A stretch of DNA of 64,000 nucleotides from a virus: the IMG/VR virus record IMGVR_UViG_3300044615_000294, positions 27,342-91,341 of that record. One strand, written 5' to 3'. This document shows, one piece after another, positions 40,301 through 48,365 of the stretch. The number at the start of each line of letters is the position of its first letter. Within the stretch, counting starts at the first letter, position 1. The position numbers were made by a program, and so were the translations under genes. The notes beneath the pieces are model-generated. The model had not been told where the DNA came from. It saw nothing but the letters and a program-made list of their open reading frames with translations, and made no database searches.

Positions 40301-41655
40301 AATTGATTTACAAAATCATACTTTTGTTTATTAGATAGTTTAGGATTTGTAAGGACTGACGTTATCTTTTGTATTAAAACTTCAGATAAATCTGGTTTAT
40401 CTAAAGGGTATATTTTACCATTTAATGTAATTTCCGCAGATATATTAGATCCTTTTTCAATTACTGGTGTAATAGTTTTAAATGTTGCATTGTTTACAAA
40501 AGGAAGAGACCTTAAGTTTTTTAATGATATTTTCTTTTGTGCTAAGCTTTCTGGAACACCCGCACTTAATTCAACAACATTTAGAGGGTTAATCTTTTGT
40601 TTATTTATGACAGCTTGTTTTACTTCATACAATTGTTTTAATTCTTCTTGTTGAAGTTTCTTAGCTTCTTCTACAGTAATCTCTAATTTTTCTGCTACCA
40701 TTTCTGGTGTTTGAATTTGATTACCATAACCATATTGATTTAAAGCATCATATTCTCCAGCAGCATTTTTATTTACGTTTCTTAAAAACTGATATACTAT
40801 CTTACCACCTTCTTCTTTAGTAGTAAATTCCCCCTCTTCTGTAAAGTGATAGTAGTTTCCTTCTTCATCTGATAATACTAAAGCAATTCTGTTTTGTGTT
40901 TCAACACCCTCTGGTCTATTTACATTAGTTATTGATTTAGTTCTAACTACATCTTGAGCAGTAGTGTTATCAATATCTGCTTGGTTTGTATCATAAAGAT
41001 CTAATAATCTAACAGGAGTCAGCTTTAATACTTTACCGTCAACCACTAATGTACCATCAGTTACTACAGCTTGCTCAGCACTAATTTTACCTTGTATTTT
41101 TTCTATAGTACTATAGATTCTATTTTTATTAGCATCCGGCTTTTCACTTAATAATTTTAATTTATTATTTGGGTTAAGTTGTATAAGTTGCTGGAAGGTA
41201 GTACTAAGCCAACCAAATGGTCTAAATCTAAAAGGATCTTTTATCTCTTTAGGATTTTCAATTTCAGTAGGTAAGCTTGAGATAAATTGGTTTGCTACAA
41301 GTAATTCCAGTTTGTCTTTATCAGACATCTCTGGTTTAAAATAGTTTAGTACATTCTTGAAACCATCCTTTTCATTTTTAAAATCTACAGCTAATGATTT
41401 TAATGCATCCACAGAAAAATCTAAAGCATCAAACTGTGATTTTACACCAACAGCTCTCATAATACCAGGTGCTTGCTGTAAAAATTTCATTGCTGTTGCA
41501 ACATCTTTTTTCTCAGCAATTTGTGTAAATAAATTTTTCATGTAGTTATTAGCATTAAAAGGCTCATTAGCCTCTAATGAATTCAACATGTTTTTATATA
41601 CATCTTTATATAAGTTCTCTACTTGAGTTGGTGATAATGCGCAAACTATTTTCAT
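31339..41655 (-). CDS. Virion-packaged DNA-dependent RNA polymerase (crAss-like) with zincin, macro-like and NADAR domains
   Basis: 3438 aa; RIPVQG and GADFDVDK (35026-35040) catalytic motifs, DGQGW; HEAWH at 39493-39507; NADAR-like segment ~31542-31977. Confidence 0.85.
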   Translation of the reverse strand: MKIVCALSPTQVENLYKDVYKNMLNSLEANEPFNANNYMKNLFTQIAEKKDVATAMKFLQQAPGIMRAVGVKSQFDALDFSVDALKSLAVDFKNEKDGFKNVLNYFKPEMSDKDKLELLVANQFISSLPTEIENPKEIKDPFRFRPFGWLSTTFQQLIQLNPNNKLKLLSEKPDANKNRIYSTIEKIQGKISAEQAVVTDGTLVVDGKVLKLTPVRLLDLYDTNQADIDNTTAQDVVRTKSITNVNRPEGVETQNRIALVLSDEEGNYYHFTEEGEFTTKEEGGKIVYQFLRNVNKNAAGEYDALNQYGYGNQIQTPEMVAEKLEITVEEAKKLQQEELKQLYEVKQAVINKQKINPLNVVELSAGVPESLAQKKISLKNLRSLPFVNNATFKTITPVIEKGSNISAEITLNGKIYPLDKPDLSEVLIQKITSVLTNPKLSNKQKYDFVNQFLSDKAAMTARRHTLLYNAGTDALTFQYTEKTYSDGTGATYTLLNDELNNKYDLVYDVLRYAKGDSRKGKPYPAKMTYNVDVLSRNAYRDYNLETGELSDEYNAPYIPLLETLDGANIKISESTDPGFYNTYIKFSIPSELSVEDTEIETATEPVVKTPKEERDNIIAPENTPEPEKGGLGSLFDDDKMYRSGKNLGLENITPEDIKNAETWWNNSPLSKFIDFKTMVNIVNSDVYAKFIAYGSVLNNKYGEIQISQRSSIVDVYHEAWHGFTQLFLNPTERKALYDEVAKQKGSFTLLDGTKVKFSEATYRQLEEYLAEEFRTYAKEQGVKANSPKRNSIFRKILNFLNNLFKSKSTKDKLFNELYLASKNKKNSQKFLNKYSPLVNTFNFQELNRGIEDISETSIDALDKQDSNLVSQSIDSFFSLRADQYSEEAGTKEATIRIFTNENAKEKIYAEAKVDFQNKLDTAKEELEKIQDDPTKALEIEKLENKIRIFETALKNWGDKKSGVIAYHNENSDYKILNKKFKEAVDEEADDTTTQSQTGNSNPKTNTPEGESLGIKDDTQTKSLLDLASSETLVLLSSLHKMQNGKVVLNELGYPELADFATTWNNTIRAINGEKNPSKMLENIRTAAQTIYPEFKQLLRKLPGYTIQDGKIVINERNRFEVNTLTSFWQDFQKTRVTYLQTTVFDNNIAEVTKASIETMSLMRKFQSKFKSDLENKFIGRTAENVAFLKVADVVEEFGKDGKLDSNRAYEFARAIGLYLDDLSIIKNELNLNQRAKQMYGLIYIYRNMYDIDQAMKNPKTTQKTADEINEFLLDPIGKLSSGFSAGTISEKVVRQKNAIDRILGLQAKYGFDSANFAVLNAEKNLVFEHIDDHTISYITYALNKMQNLSEAWTPGSEFEYMSYLNPLINSFTTRLGIINTLFDKNDTEDGVYNWAKRTGKSLQLFINSGTQVEAIEDGTNTTSLDARGKFLQELHSMLKGGMIEFMRHASKSSSFGARIDGEGGILGGVGKGEDTRLWVDTDKFATGNAYEYLVKNHMIPYIAGELERINKFKTNRDLFKTYAGYNRELADGTMAGENFTAFDNVLTKDTKEEILAAVTNPNVRFEDYIKTNPDLYKKILDEVTTYFTDQVKDLQNYYNEAKYLSPDLLDKLAVFNLGEEKAEEVLISAYAVNSWVQNFETATLFYGDIVQYNHEKEEMHKRNSGGTSGGLKIRTDQSIRNYLTGLNGKLSYAQAEGLETLAYTGKFNSAIIQDIVRESVYSPIIERELRKDYTERLKGKVPADKLSEEVEMRVAQDLKPYGKMEEGDGQGWITFDAYRNLKIASNQWSDLQEQLYVKVIRKEPVKYSDIIEAFPVYKVQNFGHLANTSLPVMAMHKFALAPLIPSMIKNSDLESLHKQMIKENIQYVTFQTGSKVGSVTSEVNEKGKAVADKIYNDDEQKSLKTDIKFTPNTVYLEYLKDVTKVPVSYKNKTVFATQLRKLILSNLYRNGELTVKNQVLVKDYEDAVDAYGEFLKMELLNEIGYKFEDGKYIGNFKNFLELVQRELGRKNIPEHHIEFINMNPDNSLKTDLSFHLRADEIEKIIVSLIEKRLVRQKIKGEALVQVSSAMTNGIWDNQIQFDKADVEQVRKFMGTNNLPFYNYDKDRTSAMKVAIALQGDFVNLLNLDYKGEKIGTRERLNQAIKDDEWLNANDGANRKAITMIAVRIPVQGLNSMEYMEVYEFLDEAAGPIIIPPSEIVAKSGADFDVDKLTTFMPSLDKSGKFIESAMSNERLQNLIDQNKDTEEGKQMTARLLSTQKAALENKLITSLSNILSLPENYASLVRPNATYLLKDELADKLEDKVTDYDRFKNYHGEDRRLNTKGEKAISPTRVLEPLYNLHKHEANMIGKRVLGIVAIYNALHPVLNTLGAAMPKTYTYKKQKGRESRILLPHNKTKDGRISLSDITTVDGDLISELYSQLMNGSVDVEKNAWIFFIQGNEEMIGLMAMLFKSGVTREYAIKFLSQPLVREYAKEQRLLKSSYSDLITDNSGIPRTKISQSGLEIKIPDKEVAAARVLSKFIVDSKEAPKLVREEQKALDALIEKGNILNEDGQFNIEDLNKILDNPNDPKFRDHQIATLLHVLELEKQFSGYQELMRLSNPDTAISKTLQQVINRNVLLDEIENDSRVEGKVVKALRKESILSTFFDNQIVQDLVQPVFPLRNSKDISDIIISLIKTNSFQIVKRFGDTETFISDIKNNMVNSVFQNYMVGYVQSEKDLLNIPSDILAKYFTKDVFFQNTGYSFAEDIFDIINQHPELKDKYSLLSQLSIPEVKDGQKILTLNNSRLLSKGNVAEQYYQNIKDLADPNVSKVADPIQNKYISDMFRALPLVAVYQNGVGYSRFGFNEILPFEDYVAIMNNAAVDFNNQNFEDKQRYMDRVFNISMNPRNRIFKNFVSAAFVSTTPTFEKKDRFTVIPQAGVKDAKAVTKASIATQFIGFGEGIVGKDGKRSTTQIYREQAGTLANTGKYSGTDVIFVSVPGLRGDATVVKREQDKTIREAIKAIEAGATILTDNKAYIDSSSYNTGEKRLYQNLEAKGYNYSEIKIDGQPIGTWRKATAPTTQPTERKTYSGKVTSLQPNQIFVFGSNPLGINGNPSKGTGGAALVAYRIAGVKQGEKMDNRLSDSGKAWGITTVTSPGKKKSKTPQEIIEGVKKLYEYAKENPTKEFLVSDYSGTNLNGYTGQEMADMFINAGPIPSNIVFNENFDKLITTQPSTNLPGSDIKINIYAGTGENAELSNFADRAVTLNGQTFRTPEGAFQAMKIFFTNAVLLGAPASKENLEILEKLKTATGAQAKSLGAKIKDLSTATWDRDSSGVMKNILTLSFEQNPDALAKLLATGNATLTHTQDKTKWGKEFPKLLMEVREELRGTQKPGPGEQLDLFSQEEEENNLTLENQNKTIVLNSKEFKDWFANEEVKNPDLDIMDALDYYMKCKR
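32007..32470. repeat. 14-bp in-frame direct repeat TAGGTTGAGTAGTA (encodes TTQP)
   Basis: Copies at 32007-32020 and 32457-32470, 450 bp apart. Confidence 0.85.
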
Positions 41656-41659
41656 CTTC

Positions 41660-44600
41660 TTAACAATCTAAGTCATCTAATAAATTATCTCTTGTATCTT
41701 CTTTTTTAGCTTGATCTTCTAAATCTTGTTGTCTAGAAGCAGCATCTTTGCCATATAATAAATCTGAAACAGTATCTGTAGATTCTTGAGTAACTCCTTC
41801 ACTCTCATCAACTACAGGACCATCTGTTTCTTCTCCACTAAACAATGTAGCTGCTGGTTTAAATTTCTTTTTAAATTCTTCTACACTCATTTCCATTTTA
41901 GTTCTTTTACCTTCTGGTTTAACAGTTATTCTATCTCCGGAAATTTGTGATATAACTGCTGTTTGATTAGCACTTAAAAACTTCCTTCCATTAGCTGTAA
42001 AGATATCACTTTCTGAGTAAACTTGATCACCTTCATTGTAAGTAATTATTTCCCCCTCTTCAGTTTCATCCTGTACTTTTAGAGATTCTTTTCTTGCTTC
42101 TATTAAATTATTTAATTCTGCAATCTGTTCTGCTGAATATTTTAAACTATTCATTGCAAGATCAACCATAAGAAGTTGTAACTCATCAAAGTCTGCTTTT
42201 TCAATTTTAGATTTTAAAGCATTAAACTCTTTTAAATTATTTGTTTCTCCACCTTCTTCCCCTTCTGGGTTTTCATCTTCATAATCTGTGTTTTCTACAT
42301 CATCTAGATTAGGATCAGTGATTATATCCTCAACAGTATTAGATGGTACTGTACCATTAAACTTAGGTGCTGTCTCAGGTATCTCAGCATTAAGCTTATC
42401 ATACATTTCTTGAGTTGGCTCTAAAGGAAATATAGTTTTACCTTTCTTTAATAGAGTTGGAGCACTAGGTCTTTTTGCAGTAAGAATTTTACCAGTTGTT
42501 ATATCTGAAGTAGTTTCAATAGGTATGATAGCTATCTCAGCATCTATACCAAACATATTTTTCAATAGTCTAGCATATACCATTTGTTGATAAGTATTCT
42601 CAATTTGTTTTGCGTAGTTCTTATTTTCAGAATTATTATAACCATTCCATTTGGCTGCCTCTCCTGTTTTAATATCAACAATTGTAAAATTACCTTCTCT
42701 ATCAACAAGAAGTAAGTCAATTTCTCCGGCTACATTTGCATCTTCATCATATACTATAAGACCATTTGCAACAACAATAAAATCACCTGTATCTATATAG
42801 TCTTGTATAGATTGATAAATACCATTTCTTCCATATAAACTATCAAATGCTTCTTGTGAAATTTTATTTAGATCTGGTTGAACTTTTTCACCACTAAAAT
42901 ATTTTTTAGTTAAGTCATCAATTACATTACCTCTATCTCTACCCCACTGGTAAGTAGCTTGTTCTGTAATAAAATTAATTGTTGCATCTCTTAAACCTTC
43001 TAAATCATCTTCTGGAGCTTTTGTTGTTTCAGGTAGTTTAACAAGTTCTTCATTAATCCATTTTTGTTGATTTGGAGTAATTTTATTTGGATTACCATTA
43101 TAAGCAGATCTTTCATTCCACTCTTCAAGTATATTGTTTAACTGTTCTTTAGAAGTTATTTTTTTAAGTCTAATTGCCTCAGTTAAAGCATTAAAGAATG
43201 CGAAGTTTAATCCCATAGTTGTACCACCAGAGATAGAAGAGTTTCTTATATTTTCCTCTGCCTTTCCTAATAACTCATTATAAGTTACTTCTTCTACATC
43301 AGCTTTAGTATCTGTAGAACTTTCCTTACTAGCTCTTTCAGAATCTAATCTTTGTTTTTGTTCTGGAGAAAGTCTATCCCACAGCTTAGGATTTTGTATT
43401 TTAGTATAATCTTCTGTTTCAATTAACTCTACAGTATCCCCTTCTTTTTCATATATTTCAGTTAACTCTTCAATATTTTTAGCTTTCAGTCTATCAAATG
43501 GACTCCAATTTCCTTTTTCATTTTTAATTTCCCATGTAGCAGAACCATCAAGAGAAGTTGTTACTCTAAGTTCACTAGTGTCTCCAGATGAATTAGTTAT
43601 TTTTACAGTTTCTCTTTTAACTGATATACGGCCATTATAATCATTTCTAGATGTAGCATCTGTAGAAGCAGGGGCCCTATTTGATCTAAAGTCATTTACA
43701 AACTTCTCTATAGCTTCATAAGATTTCTCATTAAATCCTGGAAGATTACTTGCTTTTAAAACATCAATAAAATCTTTAACAGATTGTCCTTCACCTATTG
43801 TTAAATTATAAGCAGCTAAAAGAACATCTTTTTTATCATATTCATATTTTTTACCCAAGAACTTTTGAATAACATTTGTTACCCTTCTAAGAATCTTCTG
43901 ACCAATTTTATATCCGGTTGGTAATGCTTCTATTCTTTCTTGTTCTTTCTGTAATTGATCAATTAATGCAAGAGCATTTTGCATTTCAGGTGTAAGAGAT
44001 TTACTAACTCTGCTCTTAACATAAGCTTCTAATATTGAATACTTTTCTTGTAGCTCTTTTAATCTTACCTCATCATTTATAGATTTGTTTTTAGTATTCT
44101 CTATAGCATTGATTTCAAAATTATATTGTTGTAGTACAGATTGAATTTGTTTATCAGTAGCATTCTCTGCTGATATTTTTTTACCATTAGTTAAAGTAAT
44201 CAATGGTGCAGCGGCAGTACCACCAGTTGTTGCAGCTTTTAACTTTTGTTCTTTTATGTACTCGTTAATAAGATCTAAAGCTTGCGGTTCACTTTTAATA
44301 AAGTTTACAAACTTATTTTCTAACTCATCATTAGTAAGGTTGTCTGGAAATAAATATTCATTATTTGGATCATCCCTATAGTCTTCAAATGCTGCTTTAA
44401 GTTGTTCTCTAAGTTCTTCAGGCATGTTTGCAATAGGAGTATCTGGAGTAAGTTCATCTATAGAAACTATACCACCTTCTACAATAACATTAGATGTTGC
44501 TGCTATTGATCCTTCTGCTGCCTCTGCTCTAAGTTGATCATACTTATCCTTAATTGCTTTAACTTCTACTGGATCTGGTTCTTCTCTATATGCAAAAAGT

Positions 44601-47600
44601 TTCCCGTCAGTAAGTTTAGCACCTATGTTTCCAGCTATTTGTCCTTGATTATTATTAAACTTAATGTTCCCATCACGATCTTTATAGAAAATAAGTTTCT
44701 CTTGAATACCATCTGGATTTATATAAGTAGCTTCTAAGTACTGATCAATCCCAATTTTGTCTTTAACAGAGTTAAGTGTAAATTCTTTATTTTCAATTAC
44801 ACCAAGTTCTTTTCTTACATTATACTTTTGAAGCTCATTAATTTCTTGTTGCTCCAATGCATTTAACATCTTTAAGTTTTCTGCAAGTTTTTGTTCTGGA
44901 GATTTTCTTTTTTCTTCTTGATTATTAAGATAATCCAATAACTTAAATTGCCCTACTGCTTGATTATATAATATACTACCTTTAGGAACTACTCTTTTAT
45001 TAATTGCATCATAAAACTCTGTAGGAAGTTCACCGTTTAATTTCCAGTTTGCAAACTCTTCAAGATCAACATATATACCTTCAGAAGCCAAAGAATTTAA
45101 TAAGTTGTTATACTGAATTCTTTTTGTTTGCTCTAGTATATTTTTTCTAAGCATGTCTTCTCTGTTGCTCCAGAGATCAGACATCCAAGCAAAATTATTT
45201 TCTACATGTTCTTCAAAACCTGCAGGGTCATTTAATATATTAATAGCTTCTGCAGTTTTCTGCGCTTCTTTACCTAATCTATAATAGTCTACAAGCATCT
45301 CAAATGCTTGATCCATATTACCCTCTAATAAAGTTTCATTGCTTTGATTAGCTAGAGACTTCATATACTTTTTGAATGAGCCTTCTAGATTAGCTAACAT
45401 CTTCTCATTAGTAAAATCCATAGTAGATTCTACATCAGTATTAAGATCTTCTATTTCTTTTTCTAAATCAGAAATGTTTCTTTCTATTCTTTCAATTTCT
45501 ACTTCTCTAAACCGAGTATCTTTTGTGTACTGATCATAGTACTCAGGAGATGAAATATTATTTTTTCTTTCATTTAACTCATCAATCTTATTGTTAAGTT
45601 CAATGATTCTACCCTTTTTATTTTTTAACTCTTGTCTTTCTTGAGTTCTTGCTTCATTTTTTTCAAACTGTTGAAGTCTAGTTTCAAGTCTTTGCTTTTC
45701 TCTTGTAAGTCTTACCTTCTCAGCGTTTCTTGGCTTAGCTTTTAACTTAGCATCAATGTCAGAAATTTGTGATTCTATAAACTGTACTTCATCATCTTCT
45801 TGAGACCTTGCAGTCTTATAGAAATGATTCATGAATGTGTTATAGTTTTCTCTAAACTCTTCCAAAGCTTTTAAAGATTCTTTTCTTCCAGCCAGTTGTT
45901 TTTTAGAACCTGGATCTGTTGAACCTTCTAGAGCTTCAATTTCTGTTTTAAGCATTCCTATTTCCCCATCTAAATCATTTTCATCAAATAGGGGTTGTAC
46001 TCTTAATGGATCTACTTTACCTATTAGTTCATTAGATGTCATATATCTATAGACTTTTTGCATTCTGTCTAAAGTACCTTTATAGTTATCATTATAGAAT
46101 ATAACATTCCTTACTGCCTCATCCCAAGCTGTTGAGAATAATGCTGCTTTTTGATATTCTACTGAACCTTTCTTATAGTCATTTAGATCTACTGGGTTAG
46201 GATACATTTCCTTAACCTCATCATAGTTCTTAACAATGTTTTTTGTTTTATCTATTATGCGATCTATTTTCTCTGTGTGCCCTTCTGCTTGCTCTAAGGT
46301 TATTCCTTGATATTCAGCATACTCTTCTGTTGTAAGAGTTTTGATATTCTCTAAATGGTCTAACCAAATGTCTGTAGCACCTAGCTCAATCATTTGAGAT
46401 ATTTGTTTTACAGTAGCTTCTTCAATAGCATCTTGTTTTGCTTTTGTATCTGGATCAGCAATTTGATCAGCAAGTTTAGATTGTACACCAAGATTATATA
46501 ATCTTGCGTTGTACATGTTTAAAGGGTCATTAGCAAAACTATCACTAACCTGTTTTGCCATTTGCTCATTATATTCAGCAAGCTTTTTTCTAGCAGCATC
46601 ATACTTGGCTTTATTTCTAAATCTACCAGCTTGTTCTTGAATAAATGGTAATGCTTTATTTAATGGGGTCGCTAATGTACCCATTGCAAAACCTGAAAGA
46701 AATGTCTCAAAACCTCTTCCACTAAGTTGTTTTTTACCTTCCATATCTAAAACAAATTCTCCTCTTGCATTTGTTTCATATACTTGTGCTTGAAAGCCTT
46801 CACCTAAATGCTCCCAAAAAGATTTATCTTCTTTGTTTTTTTTATTTAAGAATGCTTCTGTATAGTAATAAGATGAAACAGGTTCTGAGTAAAATGCTTC
46901 AGTATAATAATCCTTAGAGGTTTTTGAAATCACATCTTGTAATGATTCTTGTACACCCTCCATTATATTTGCCTTGGTGTAACCAATTACTTTTCCAGCA
47001 GTTTTTTGAAAGCCTTGTTTCTTTATTGCTTGTACAGTTCCTTTCCAACCTTTCCAACCTCTTTTAATTGTTGAAAGTTTAGGAGTAAGAACTTCTTTAC
47101 CTGTCTTAAGTGTTTTCTTTGTAAACTCTCTCACAGTTCTACCCGCCATATTTTTTTTAACATCAGTAATTTTCTTATTTAATATTCTGTTCAATCCTTT
47201 TTTAGGAGACATGATATTATCAAAAGCAACTTTGTTTGATGCATATATTAAAATTCCATTAGCAAGCAAAGCACCTTCTGATGCTTCTTTTGCTTTTCTG
47301 CGCATTTCATCTTGAATTTCTTCTGGTGGATCTTGCCCACCATGAGTTTCTCTATACTCATCATATAACTGATCAAAGGTATCTTTTCTAACAAAACCAG
47401 CTTCTAGTCTTGCTTCTGAAAGAGCCATATTAACATTTCTAACATCTCTATATAAACCTCCTACAGTTTTAAATGTAGCTGCACTTGCTTTTTCTAATCC
47501 AGTTAGATTTTTAGAATTTTTTGCAATATCTATTATAGCTTCAGTTGTATTACTCAATGGATTAAAAAAATCTAAAACTTTTCCACCTGTCGTCTTTCCA

Positions 47601-48355
47601 ACCTTTTCTGCATTTCTTGCAACATTACCTATTGATCTATCAACTTTTAATGACTGCCAATAATTTCTTGCATCAGTAATATTATCTAATTTTTTTAATG
47701 TTGACCCCAACTGATTAGTTCTTTGTAAAATGCTTTCAGTAGCTAAAATACCTTTACCAACTTTTGGTGCACGACCAACATATTTAATACCTCTTGTTAA
47801 ATTTTTACCAGCATTAAAGATAGTATACTCACTACTCAAACCTAATGTTAAAGCTTCTTCAGCTACAGCTTCTAACATTATACCTGCAGTATATCCAAAG
47901 TTTGTTAATAGGTTAGTACCAAATCCAGTTAATCCCCCTTTGGTAGATGATGCAATTGCTGATGCTTCAGCATATGCAGCAGCTTCTTCCGGGTCATCAC
48001 TAAAATCACCCTTCATCATTCTTGCTAAACTATTTGGTCCAGAAGCAAAGCCTCTTGCAAATAGCGGGGCAAAACCATGCACAATAGATCTTTGAAATTC
48101 AGCAGCAGTTCCTGTACCTTCATTAAAGATTTTTTCATTGCTTTTAAATGGTGAAAATCCTATTCTTTCAAATGTCTCAGGACCATAAGCGTAATACCTT
48201 TTAAAATATGAATCACCTTTACTTCCAGCATTATAAGCATATGGAGTTAATTGGTCATTAGGATTATATAAACGCATTTCATTATCAAGTATTTTACCTG
48301 ATGATTTATCTGCTATCTGCTCAAATTTTTTATTAAAATCTTCAATACCCGGCAT
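41660..48355 (-). CDS. Giant virion (probably ejected) protein with PD-(D/E)XK nuclease domain
   Basis: 2231 aa; coiled coils; AGEIDLL...IVDIKTG...QQMVY at ~42570-42730. Confidence 0.75.
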   Translation of the reverse strand: MPGIEDFNKKFEQIADKSSGKILDNEMRLYNPNDQLTPYAYNAGSKGDSYFKRYYAYGPETFERIGFSPFKSNEKIFNEGTGTAAEFQRSIVHGFAPLFARGFASGPNSLARMMKGDFSDDPEEAAAYAEASAIASSTKGGLTGFGTNLLTNFGYTAGIMLEAVAEEALTLGLSSEYTIFNAGKNLTRGIKYVGRAPKVGKGILATESILQRTNQLGSTLKKLDNITDARNYWQSLKVDRSIGNVARNAEKVGKTTGGKVLDFFNPLSNTTEAIIDIAKNSKNLTGLEKASAATFKTVGGLYRDVRNVNMALSEARLEAGFVRKDTFDQLYDEYRETHGGQDPPEEIQDEMRRKAKEASEGALLANGILIYASNKVAFDNIMSPKKGLNRILNKKITDVKKNMAGRTVREFTKKTLKTGKEVLTPKLSTIKRGWKGWKGTVQAIKKQGFQKTAGKVIGYTKANIMEGVQESLQDVISKTSKDYYTEAFYSEPVSSYYYTEAFLNKKNKEDKSFWEHLGEGFQAQVYETNARGEFVLDMEGKKQLSGRGFETFLSGFAMGTLATPLNKALPFIQEQAGRFRNKAKYDAARKKLAEYNEQMAKQVSDSFANDPLNMYNARLYNLGVQSKLADQIADPDTKAKQDAIEEATVKQISQMIELGATDIWLDHLENIKTLTTEEYAEYQGITLEQAEGHTEKIDRIIDKTKNIVKNYDEVKEMYPNPVDLNDYKKGSVEYQKAALFSTAWDEAVRNVIFYNDNYKGTLDRMQKVYRYMTSNELIGKVDPLRVQPLFDENDLDGEIGMLKTEIEALEGSTDPGSKKQLAGRKESLKALEEFRENYNTFMNHFYKTARSQEDDEVQFIESQISDIDAKLKAKPRNAEKVRLTREKQRLETRLQQFEKNEARTQERQELKNKKGRIIELNNKIDELNERKNNISSPEYYDQYTKDTRFREVEIERIERNISDLEKEIEDLNTDVESTMDFTNEKMLANLEGSFKKYMKSLANQSNETLLEGNMDQAFEMLVDYYRLGKEAQKTAEAINILNDPAGFEEHVENNFAWMSDLWSNREDMLRKNILEQTKRIQYNNLLNSLASEGIYVDLEEFANWKLNGELPTEFYDAINKRVVPKGSILYNQAVGQFKLLDYLNNQEEKRKSPEQKLAENLKMLNALEQQEINELQKYNVRKELGVIENKEFTLNSVKDKIGIDQYLEATYINPDGIQEKLIFYKDRDGNIKFNNNQGQIAGNIGAKLTDGKLFAYREEPDPVEVKAIKDKYDQLRAEAAEGSIAATSNVIVEGGIVSIDELTPDTPIANMPEELREQLKAAFEDYRDDPNNEYLFPDNLTNDELENKFVNFIKSEPQALDLINEYIKEQKLKAATTGGTAAAPLITLTNGKKISAENATDKQIQSVLQQYNFEINAIENTKNKSINDEVRLKELQEKYSILEAYVKSRVSKSLTPEMQNALALIDQLQKEQERIEALPTGYKIGQKILRRVTNVIQKFLGKKYEYDKKDVLLAAYNLTIGEGQSVKDFIDVLKASNLPGFNEKSYEAIEKFVNDFRSNRAPASTDATSRNDYNGRISVKRETVKITNSSGDTSELRVTTSLDGSATWEIKNEKGNWSPFDRLKAKNIEELTEIYEKEGDTVELIETEDYTKIQNPKLWDRLSPEQKQRLDSERASKESSTDTKADVEEVTYNELLGKAEENIRNSSISGGTTMGLNFAFFNALTEAIRLKKITSKEQLNNILEEWNERSAYNGNPNKITPNQQKWINEELVKLPETTKAPEDDLEGLRDATINFITEQATYQWGRDRGNVIDDLTKKYFSGEKVQPDLNKISQEAFDSLYGRNGIYQSIQDYIDTGDFIVVANGLIVYDEDANVAGEIDLLLVDREGNFTIVDIKTGEAAKWNGYNNSENKNYAKQIENTYQQMVYARLLKNMFGIDAEIAIIPIETTSDITTGKILTAKRPSAPTLLKKGKTIFPLEPTQEMYDKLNAEIPETAPKFNGTVPSNTVEDIITDPNLDDVENTDYEDENPEGEEGGETNNLKEFNALKSKIEKADFDELQLLMVDLAMNSLKYSAEQIAELNNLIEARKESLKVQDETEEGEIITYNEGDQVYSESDIFTANGRKFLSANQTAVISQISGDRITVKPEGKRTKMEMSVEEFKKKFKPAATLFSGEETDGPVVDESEGVTQESTDTVSDLLYGKDAASRQQDLEDQAKKEDTRDNLLDDLDC
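43306..43667. repeat. Near-perfect 14-bp in-frame direct repeat TAG(T/C)ATCTGTAGAA (encodes STD-T/A)
   Basis: Copies at 43306-43319 and 43654-43667, 348 bp apart. Confidence 0.7.
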
Positions 48356-48365
48356 GCTATATTAA

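Noticed and set aside
31334-41659. Frameshift or readthrough fusion of the three giant ORFs
   Set aside because: Each has its own ATG 4-5 nt after the previous TAA in a different frame, and no slippery site is evident
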